From the human T2T-CHM13v2.0 reference genome, Homo sapiens, in NCBI RefSeq assembly GCF_009914755.1, contig NC_060928.1: 64,000 nucleotides of DNA. One strand, 5' to 3'. Below are positions 53,361-64,000 of the stretch, piece by piece. The position numbers and the translations under genes were made by a program. The notes beneath the pieces were generated by a model. It did not search any database. It worked only from the letters and a program-made list of their open reading frames with translations, and had not been told where the DNA came from. Every line of letters begins with the position of its first letter. The first letter of the stretch is position 1.

Positions 53361-54709
53361 TTAGACTCCTCTCTCTACTCCTCCTATAGTCAAGGTGTTT
53401 GTTTTGGGTTTGGAGAATTCTATATGTATGTTCGTTTAGCATGGTTTTGACTGCCATTCATTTATAAAATATTTAAATAGCTGGTTTATCTCTTTAAGAC
53501 CCAAATAAGGTGGTATTGTATTTTATGTACCTGTGCTATAGCCACAAAATTTCCTCATCATCTCCTAAAATACAACTGAGCTCTTACTTATGTGCACACA
53601 CAGAATGAAAAACAGAGACAATGATATATCAACCAAATAAATATTGGAATTAAAGCTGGATACTGCTCATTAGCCACCCCACTTTCTGAAAAGGCTGTTT
53701 TTTAATTGGTTAGATATCATCTACATATGTGTGTTTTGCTTAAGTTAAAGGCAATTTATGAAATGCTGGTTAGGTTAGACTACAACATTCCTTCTTGGAG
53801 GCAAACTCAATTAATTCCAGGATGTGATAAATAACATTCAGTTTTTCATTTTCCCCTGTTCATGATCTCAGAAGCTAAAAGTCTGGAGTCAAAGTTAATT
53901 TTAGATGACTAGGCAGGTTAAATGAGTGTGTATCAACAACCTTTGTTTTCTCTTCCCTGGGTATCTCCAGCACTGTGGCACTTTGGGAGAGGAGCATGCT
54001 ATTATCATAGCCAGGTCCTCAAGAGATCCTCATTTTGTGAATTTATCTCAGAGAACAGCAAAATATTTTCCTTATTTGTCTGTATTGTGCCCAAGCTTAG
54101 GTGCTTATTTTGTATATGAAAAAACCTACTTAGTAGCTTAAGAATCATAAAATTCTGCCTAAGCCTATTATTTCAGCTGAACTAATTCTTTCTCCCAGAT
54201 AACTTTATCCCCTCGTCTTTTTGCCCCCAGGTTAGGTAAAATTATCCTGTTATATACTCTCATAACACTTACTAACTTTCAATTCAATGATTATTTGTAT
54301 AATTCTTTATTTAATATCTTATTCCCCCACTGGTCTATAAGCTCCCAAGGGCAGGGACTGTCTTTTTTACTGCTCAATAAATATATGTTGATTGAAGAAG
54401 GAATGATTAGAGGCCTTTCAATATGATTTCTTTTTATAATTGTCATGACAGAAAGTGTTTTGCAACTGGGAGAAGTGTATGGGTTTGAAGTCCTACATAA
54501 TGTGTCTACTCACTAGCAAAAACCCTTTTATGGGTTATAAAGTGACAGTAATAACTTCTCAATGGATGTAATTCCCACTTTATTTAAGAGTGTGTAAAAA
54601 TTATACTCAAAATTTTCAGTTTTCATGGCCCTCACTTGGCTGTTCCTTTCAGGGGAAGTTTCTTTTGTTTGAAATTGCTTCTGATGTTAGATCCTCCTTC
54701 CTTCTTCAT

Positions 54710-56030
54710 TTTTTTTCTTCGAAACAGTAGGACTTATTTCTCTTATCTAGTGATAATTTTGGTTCCTTTGTGTCCAAATCTCTCCCTATTCTTTCTTCCT
54801 TTATACCCTTCCTAGCCTCGGGTATCTTCTATTTTTACTTATTACTTCTATGAGATCAACTATTTTAAAGCTTCCACATATGAGTAAGAACACATGGCAG
54901 TTAATTTTCTGGTCCTGGCTTATTTCATGTAACATAATATCCTCCAGTTTCATTCTTGTTGCTGTGAATGGCAGGATTTCATTCTTCTTCTTGGCTGAAT
55001 AGTTTTCCGTTGTGTATATACACCACAGTTTTAAATCCATTCCTATGTTTTGGCCACTTGGGTTAATTCCATATCTTGGCTACTGTGAATAGTACTGCAA
55101 TAAACATGCAATAAACACGGGGATGGAGATATCTCTTTGATATCCTGATTGCCTTTCCTTTGTATAAATGCCCAGTAGTAGGATTGCTGGATCACATGGT
55201 AGTTCTATTTGTAGTTTTCTGAAAGACATCCATACTGTTCTCCATACTAGTTTACCGTATGTTTATTAGTTCACTGTAGTTGTAGTTGACTGCTGTAGTT
55301 TACATTCCCACCGAGAGTGCATGAGTTCTCTTTTTTCCACATCTTTACCAGCATTTGCTATTTTTTGTCTTTTTTGATAATAGCCATTCTAACTGGAGTG
55401 AGATGATATTTCATTATAGTTTTTGTTTGCATTTCCCTGATGATTAGCAATATTAAACTTTTAAAAATATTTGTCAGCCATTTGTATGTCTTCTTTGGAG
55501 AAATATCGGTTCAGATCGTTTGTCCATTTTTTAATCAGATTGTTTGTTTGCTGTTGAGATGCTTGAGTGTCTTTTATATTGTGGATATTAATCCCCTGTT
55601 GGATGAAGTTTGCAAATATTTTCTCTCATTCTGTAAGTTGTCTCTTTATCCTGTTGATTGTTTCCCTTGTTGTGCAAAAGCTTTTAACTTTGATATAATC
55701 CCATTTGTTTATTTTTGCTTTTATTGCCTATGCTTCTGAGGTCTTATTGATAAAATCTTTTCTCAGACCAATGTCCTGAAGGATTTTCCCTATATTTTCT
55801 CTTGGTAGTTTTAAAGTTTCAGGTCTTATATTTAGGCTTTAATCCATTTTGAGTTGATTTCTGAATAGAGTGAGAGATAAGGGTCAAGTTTTATTCTTCT
55901 GTATATGCATATCCAGTATTCCCAGTATGATTTATTGAATAAACTGTCCTTTTCCCAGTGAATGTTCTTGGTATCTTTGCCAAAAAACAGTTGACCGTAG
56001 ATACCTGGGTTAATTTCTAGGTTATCTAGT
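54710..56030 (-). mobile_element. L1 (L1MA-like) 3' portion
   Basis: - strand ORF2 C-terminal remnants (LWCIYTTENYSAKKKNEILPF; YGQLFFGKDTKNIHWEKDSLFNK). Confidence 0.9.
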
Positions 56031-56349
56031 AACTGTAGAAACAATAAATTTTAAAAGTTAAAAAAGAGTATGAGGATCCACATATGTAAGTAAATTTTAG
56101 TGGCTTAAAAATAAGAGAATTTATTATTATCTCTAATAAAATAAATATAGAAGTAGGACACTATAAGTTTTATTAATTCAATGGTCCAGTAATAGTAACC
56201 AAGAACTAGGTTGTTTCCCTATTGCTACTTGTTGTATCCTCATAGTTACCAGAAGGCAGTAATATATAAAAGCACTAGATGCAATGGATAAATTGCTACA
56301 AAAATACAAAAAAAAAAGTACAAAATGTGTGATGGGGATAACAACCCTT

Positions 56350-58960
56350 AAATAAACCAATAAGCAATACAAAATTGAAAAGATAATCAAAGTTCATCTT
56401 CTCCCATTCTCCCAAAAAAGAAAGGAAAAACCCCACAACCCAGCTCACATGGCTTTACAGTTGTTCAGAATGTAAAAGAAAGTGACATATGCCCAACTCA
56501 TTTTATGAAGATAGGGCAATCTTGATGCCAATATGTAGAAGGGCAATATAAGAATATAATCATAGGCACATTTTACTTATACACAGATACAAAAATTGAA
56601 AGTTATATTTTAAAAAATTATATCATGAAAGCAGACTTTTTGCCAGGAATGCAAGGATGGTTCACCATCAAAAAGGGTATCATTGTTATATAAAATATAA
56701 TTTAAAACAACATAGGGTTTTGTCATTAAAGGAAGAAAAAACATTTAAGTGCAAAATTGTATAATTTAAAGTAGTTTTTAAGCTAATAATGAAAGAACAA
56801 TTCCTGAACTTGATAACAGCTATATACTAGAACCTATAACAGAATTTATACTTACTGTCAAAGTAATAGCTTTTTTTTTCTTTTAAAATTAAGGCAGGGA
56901 TACCCATTATTACTACTACTGTTTAACACAGTATGAAATTTCTGATAAAAAGTATAAGGAAAAAAACATAAAAAGTGTAAGATTTGGTAGGAAAGAAATA
57001 ACTGAATCTTTGTTTGCAGTCACAATGGTAATCTACCTAGAAGAGCCAACAGAATCAACATAGCAACTATTAGAAATTTTAAGAGAATTTCATGAATTTC
57101 CAGGTATAAAATTTCAAAATTAACAGCTTTTTTTTTTACAAAGAGCAATATTAAGATAAAAATAAAATGGTATTCACAATCATTAGCAAGATAAAAATAA
57201 AATAGTACTCACAATCATTAGCAAACTATAAGTTATTTATATATTTACAATGAATATATAAGATTTCATTGAAGAAAATTTTAGACATCTATTAAAAGAA
57301 AACAAAGAAGTCTGTCATGGAGTGACATTCCCTTGTTTTAGACTTTCTAGTGTACAGAGGGTAATTCTCTCTCCAAATCATCTTTAAATTCATTAAAATG
57401 TTAATCAAAATTTCAACTGGATATTTTTAGGAACTTGATAAATAATATTTTAAAATTTGCATGGGAAAGTGGTAGTCCATAAACAGCTGTCATTTAAAAA
57501 CAAAGAAACAAAAACAATAAAGGATTTTTGGCTTACTGGTTCCTGTAAACATTGCTGGTTGGATATTAGCTTGGAGCTGCCATTACAATAGTACTTAGTG
57601 AAATTATAAATGAATATACCATATTGTCCAAGAATATATAGAGTTGAAACAGTGACATTCTCGTGTAATCATGAACAAATAGACCAGTGCAAAGACAGAT
57701 GGAGCTCAGAGCCAATTTATTATTAAACAATAAAATTGTTCTATAAATTAATAGGGAAAAATAAACTGCTTAGTAAATGTAAAAAAAAAAAAAGGGGGGG
57801 TCTTAGAATACGAAGAAAAATAAATTCAGATGGCTACCTTATACCACAGACAATGATAGATTCCACAAAGATAAAATATCTTAATGTAAAATGTGCATCT
57901 ATGAAGTTAATACAAAAATAGTGTAGAAAATATACATGTAATTTAAAGGTGGGAAAGGATTTAAGCAAAATCCCATAATTTAAAAACATAAAGAGAAAAT
58001 TAGCTATTGTTTTACATTACATCAAAATTTAAAAGTTCTGTTACAAGAAGAATGTCATGGACAAATCTGTGACAGCTGACAAAATGGGAGAAGGAACGTA
58101 CAGGGTCTAAAAACAAAAAGAGATTATAATATTCAAGTAATGACTAAAAAGTCAACAAAGAAATACCTTCAACTTAGGACCTTCCATTTAAAGAGGGGAA
58201 AGGATATGAGCTAGGAATTCACAGAATTTAAAACCTAAGTAACCAATAAGCATGTGGCTATGACTAGTGACAGCCCATTTGTTGCTTTGGTGGAATTAGA
58301 AATAAATAGTCAGCCTTTCCTTCAAATAGCTATTGTCCCATCCATGCCAGTGCACACAGGGCACAAGCTGGTTTTGAGCTCCCACTCACATTCTTGGCTA
58401 GGTGTTCTTTTGTAAGTACCCGCATCCATATATCATGGCCCTGCATATAAACATGCTCAAACTTCTTGAAATAAACAGAAATACAAATCAAAATAACAAT
58501 AGGATATTACTTAATGACCATAAGATTTGCAAAAATAGAAGCTGGGTAATGCCAAATGTTGGTAGAAGCTTGTGGACATAGGAATCCTTAAACATTACTG
58601 ACTGGAGATTAGCATGGAGCTGCCATTATGGAAGTACTTAGTAAAATTAAAAATGAATATACCATATTATCCAGAGTAAATATATTCCTGACACATGTAA
58701 AGACTTGCATGAGGGTATTCATTATAGTTTTTTTCAATGTTAGAGATTAGAGGCAATTGATGTGTTCAAACTGGATAATGCAGAAATCAACGGTGTGGAT
58801 GCTCACTGGGAAATACTATGCAACCATTAGAAATGAAGGAAATGTATTCATAGTAATAATGTAGATTTTTTTAATGTTGAAATTTTAAAAGGAGGTGTTG
58901 AGTCAAAGAAAGAAGCCAATAACATCCATATGTATTTCTGTTAATTAAAATACACATTTA
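56350..58960 (+). mobile_element. Old, highly diverged L1 (L1ME-like) ORF2 region
   Basis: CCAACTCATTTTATGA, CCAGGAATGCAAGGATGGTTCA and GAAATACTATGCAACCATTA blocks in L1 order; approximate. Confidence 0.75.
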
Positions 58961-59199
58961 CAAGATCATGATGCAATACACATGGAACACATCAGAATGG
59001 TTGCCTAATGGTCAGGGAAATGTGATGAGAACAGAGAAGTGGTAGGGAAGGTAATGAAAAATAGCTAAGTAAAACAACAGGAAGCCTTCCCTGGAACAAT
59101 GCTGGTGGCATGCTATGCACCAAGAATGTTTAATTCAGCCTTCTGCAACACTGTCTCCCATCTATTTCTCTATATATGAAGAAAATGACCAATGGTGAC

Positions 59200-59680
59200 A
59201 AGGAAATGAAGCTAATAAACATGAGGCTCACTTTGTGATTAAGCGAAAGGGCTACTGTAGACCAGGTGGAAGGCCTTATTGAGGAGATGTCATTTAGCTG
59301 ACACTTGAAGGATAAGAAGGGATGACCCTGAGACAATGGGGGTACCCAGCAAGACAGTGGTATGGGAAGATGTTTGGCCCTTGAAGAGCTGTGATGAGAA
59401 TGGGATGGAGGAGGGAAGGCAGGGCCAAATCTTCCACAGGACATTGGAGAAATTCAGATTTTTGTGTGAAGGCAATGGGGAATTATGGATTGTCTAAGAA
59501 GTGGAAAGTCTCATGATCTGATTAACATATCATGTTTCTATGTGCAGAGAGGACTGGAGAAATGCAGTGGGGGAAGCAGAGGGATCAACTAGGGAAGCAG
59601 CTCTTTCAGGGGGTCAGGTGAGGGAGATGAAGGGAGTCTAAACCACAGTGGTGGCAGTGAAAATGGAGAGAAATAGCTGC
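59200..59680 (-). mobile_element. L2 fragment
   Basis: GGAAGGCCTT..TGAGGAGATGTCATTTAGCTGACACTTGAAGGAT block; approximate. Confidence 0.6.
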
Positions 59681-62600
59681 TGGAAGACTGGGAGAGGCTT
59701 AGCCTAAGGGACAGATGATTGGGGAAAATATTAGCTCTAGTTTAGTGTTTAAAGCCTTAGCTATAAAAAAGTATAATTACTCTGTCACTCTAGAGAAAAC
59801 AAAATGCATCTATTATTCCAATCCTTTGTGGGTCGATTTTGGTTTAGAACAAATAAATTCCTGAGAACTGTCTAATGGTGGACTTCACTGTCCCTGAATT
59901 TCTGGATTTTCAGTCAATAAATCACATAAGCCAAAAATACGTCTGAATCTGTGGTGGAAAAGAATGAGTAGCAGTAGAGAAATCTATGCAATACTGAGAG
60001 GTAGGGCTAAATGACTTTTATGGTGTCTTCCAAAGTCAAATAGCATTCATTCTATGAAAAGAGCAGAAAGCTAAGTTCCCAGCACCATTTATTGAAGAAA
60101 CTGTCCTTTCCCAGTGAATGTTCTTGGCATCTTTGTCAAAAAACAGTTGACTGTAGATCCAAATAAATTGTGAAATACATTGTGGCTCAGTCTTAGGATA
60201 ATGAAAACATTAAGATCACTCTAGCAATGTGCTTATAGTTGGAGTCAATAGAATCAGGTCTCAAATATCTTCTTGAAGGAGTTGAGTTTGAATTATTTTC
60301 TTTAAAATAACCTCAATTAGAGGTGAGTAGTGGGATAAAAAAAGAAAAAAAGAACTTCAATTATTTTTCATAGAAGTGCATGTTTATTGTTGAAACTTAA
60401 CAAGAAAGAAAATTTGAAAATCACCCCAAATTCCACTAATCGGAAATAACACTTTTAATATTCTGGTGTATATTATTCCAAACACTTTATCAACATATAT
60501 ACATAAAATGTAAGAATTTTTTTGTTCTTTTCATGCTGCTTTAACACATCATATTTTATCTGGCAATATATGATAGATATCTTTCCCATATCATTACATA
60601 TTATTCTGTAATATAACTTTTAATGCTATAGAGCCTCTCATTGTGTGCCAATCCTGAGAGTTTAGGGATAATTTTGAAACAGGTGTGATGAGACTTTCTA
60701 AATAATATGTATGACATACACTATAAAATTATATGGCTAGAAGAGCTGAGTTTGAAGGATCTTTCATACTGGACAGATTCCAAGGCATCAGTAAGTAAGA
60801 GCTAGCTTTGAGTGCTTACTTACCATGTGCCAAATGAGCTTTAATCAGTTTACATATGTAAATCCATTTATTCCTTACAAAATCCCTATTCTATATTAAC
60901 TACTCAAGTCCATGGATCAGGTTTAAGAATCCCTGGATTACAAACTTCTAACAGGTCCTACATACCTTAATTTTTTAAAACCTCGATTGCACTAAGAAAA
61001 CTGTTTAGTATTCTGAAAAGCAAAGCTCCAATTCTAGGGGTTTGTAAATAAATAAAAACTCCTTTCATCATAGCCCTGACCATCCTGCTGAACATAGGAG
61101 TGCTTGGTGGAATCCACAAAAAGCAGCCTTCTCTAATCATGAGAGAAAATTTGGAGAAAATTTCTGATTAGCAATTTAGAGTACCAAGAAAGTGATGAAG
61201 TGGAGGAGGAACTTAGTGCAGAAAGATTGGCAGGATAAGAATAACACTGGACTCTGGAGGCACAAAGACGCTTTTCCTTGTGCTGTTGAAAGTATGCAAA
61301 GAAACTTGTGAAAAACAACAGGGATGGGCAAACAGTCGAAAGATCAGGAGGGCCAACATAAACCTTTGGTCAGGCTTAAAACAAAGGCCCTGTGAGGTTC
61401 CACATAAATTGGCAGCTTCTTTCTTCATTCTTGTTTCTCCTTCCCCATTTATTTGGCACATCTTCTTTCCAGGTAAGAATTCCTGAACTCTTTTTTTTTT
61501 CTTGCAAGATTCTCATTGTGCAGGCTGAGACTTAGATGAATATTTTGCTGCCTTGTTAACAAGTGAGCGCACATACAGTATACCCAGAGTGAACTTGAGT
61601 ATAATCATGTTGCATTTGATGCAATCATGTTGATCTCAACAACTCATGCTGCATATGAGTTTAGTATTTATACATACACATGAATGTGGTCTGTATATTC
61701 AGACACATCCCAGTGAGTGGGAATATAGACTTATTTCATTGCAGTTATATTAACGAGTGTGCTGTAGTATAAGCGTTGTATTACCCCTGTGATCCTTAGG
61801 TATTAAGGAAAAGGAGGTGTTGGCTAGGGCCTTATTCCAGGGCACTGGTTTCTAATGACCGTACTGTGCCATCCATGTAAGCATAAGTCCCCTGAACTCC
61901 CTGGTGCTTGATGATCAAATGTCTATTGAATAATTAATTAACTAATTATTTAAAAGTATTCTGTGATTCTCAGCATGGCTTGAAATCAGTGATCCATTAA
62001 TCTTCAGGTGCTTTGTTTAGTGGAAGGTCACCTGCCACTCAGGTAACTTGGGAGCCTGCCTATTAGGCTTCCCCCAAGGATCACTTCAAGCACATGACTC
62101 ACTCCACGAAGGCTTTTAGAGCCAATAAACTCAATACTAGGGAAAAGGCTACAGATGTGGCTCATTCATAGCTTTCATTGAAAAGTAAGCAGGGAGAATC
62201 TTAATGGCCAGGATTCTATTGGAGATAGATCATGAACAAGGAAAGCAAAGCACCTAATTAAATCTTAATCAGCTGACTCTATCACTCAAGTTCATGGAGG
62301 ATTTCAGAGACTGCTTTCATGAAGACATGAAGCATACCACAGGCCTAGGTGCTCCTTCCACTCTCGGTTCTTCCTGTTATGCACGTACGGTGAAAGGGCC
62401 AGCGTCACTAGAAGGGGCTTTAAGGAACTGTGTTCTTTCCTCATCAGACCTAGACTTAACTGTGTAATTCTGCATTCTCTCTTCTGCATGCCATTTTTGC
62501 TCATTTATAAAGGATTAGGCTCCTCCAGTGAGAGAAGATAAGGCTATCTTTAAAATGCTATGAACTTTGCAGAAAGGACTGCAAAGGACACAGAACCCCA

Positions 62601-63319
62601 ATTCAGGAGACTTGGATCTCGTAAACAGTCTGCCTCTCCTGAGCTGTTCCTTATCACTCAAAACTGGCCTCATCTGAAAATGAGGGGCATGGAAAAGATG
62701 ACCATGAACTCTCTTCGAATACTGAAATGGTTTCTTGGGCACAGGTCGTTTTACTATTCCCATTCAGAAAGGTGCCTAATAAATGTTTTAGAAAATGTAA
62801 ATAGTCTTTTCAGAAAGTTGGGGATAGAGTTCCTCCACTTTTCAAAAGGCAATTTCTGAGGGCCACCTAAGTTAGGATTCTTTATTTCAGCTGAGCTGCA
62901 CCTGTGACTCTTCCTACAGTATTTAGAAGAATGCCTAGAAGTCACGATACACACTCAGTACATTTTATTTTTAATATGCGAATAAATGAGGGTTTTTTAA
63001 TCCATGTAGAAGGCATGAATGACTTCTTAGAATGTGAAATGTTACCATATTGTGAAGTATCTTACAATAATTTAAAATATAACAAAGGTTTGATGCAGTT
63101 GAATTGACAATAAAGTATAATGAAATGAACACTCTATTTGCCATCGAAAGCCTAGAGTAGCCTTTGACAATGTGTGGGGGTTTTCCCAACCTCAATTTTC
63201 TCATTTGCAAATTGAGACTAATAGTAACACTGTCCTATTTACCCCATCAAATTCTGATGAGAATCAAATATCTGAAAATGCTTTGCTAACAATCGTGCTA
63301 TAAAAACATTAGATACCTA

Positions 63320-64000
63320 AGATACTGAGATGCAGTAAGAAATAGAAATTTGTTCTTTGCTCCTGGTTCTGGGTACATAGCTCCTAAAACCCTTGGAAGC
63401 TCTGCAGTGACAAGAGTGTCCTTTATGTACTAATAAGATTACTCGTAGCTGGGGTTCCCTAGATAGCATCTAGGAGGGGGCTGGTTATCACAAAAGACCA
63501 AGGCAGGATTAGAAGGTTAGGACTGTCAGTCCCACTCCTCAACTTCTAGGAGGTGAAAGGGGCTAAAAGTTGAGTTGATTACCAATGGCCAAAGATTTAA
63601 TCAGGCATCCTATGTATTGAAGCCTTCAGAATCCAAAAAGATTGTATTGGGGAACTTCCTGGTAGCCGAACACATGAAGGTTCCTGGACGGTGCTACACC
63701 TGAAGAGGGCATGGAAGCTCTGTGCCCCTTCCCACATGTCTTGCCCTTTGCATTTCTTCCGTCTGGTGTTCATCTGTATCCTTTGTAATACCTTTATAAA
63801 AACATCAGTAAATGCAAATAGAGTGTAACCTGAGAACGGAGTTGTGTGAAGCCCAGCTTATAACTGGTTGGTCAGAAGCACAGGTGAAATGCCCTGTACT
63901 TGCTATTGGCATCCCAAGTGGGGAAAGTCTTGTGGGCCTGAGCCCTCACCCTGTGAGATCTGATACTACCTCCAGGTAGATGGAGTCAGAACTGAATAAT
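63320..64000 (+). mobile_element. MER21-type LTR, cut by the window end
   Basis: AGCTCCTAAAACCCTTGGAA, AAAGACCAAGGCAGGATTAGA and GAGGGCATGGAAGCTCTGTGCCCC blocks match the recalled MER21 consensus. Confidence 0.8.

Overview
Primate (by protein sequence, human) genomic DNA containing the complete amphiregulin gene AREG on the + strand: CpG-island/TATA/CRE promoter at ~40.6-40.8 kb, six exons (ATG 41005, TAA 48294-48296, poly(A) signal 50645), encoding the 252-aa EGF-family precursor. The rest is AT-rich intergenic DNA dense in repeats: 13 Alus plus a FAM monomer, MIR, L2, L1, MER82/Tigger, MER1A, MER5, MADE1, MER58, MLT1 and MER21. A decayed 7.2-kb class I (ERV1) provirus lies on the - strand at 29158-36378 with both LTRs, a tRNA-Arg PBS, a PPT and a 4-bp TSD. 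Almost all other ORFs in the track are repeat or low-complexity artefacts. I found no convincing new multi-gene system. The most notable structures are: (1) a ~520-bp imperfect inverted repeat at 18400-18922 that I could not assign to a known element; (2) an exon-5-skipping reading frame that turns the AREG 3'UTR into an alternative 52-aa tail; (3) an RFC1-like (AAGGC/AGGGC)n repeat in an Alu tail; (4) an LTR with intact promoter motifs and a splice donor, pointing away from AREG; and (5) several local duplications. Repeat family names come from recalled consensus similarity, boundaries of old repeats are approximate, and identities were counted by hand.
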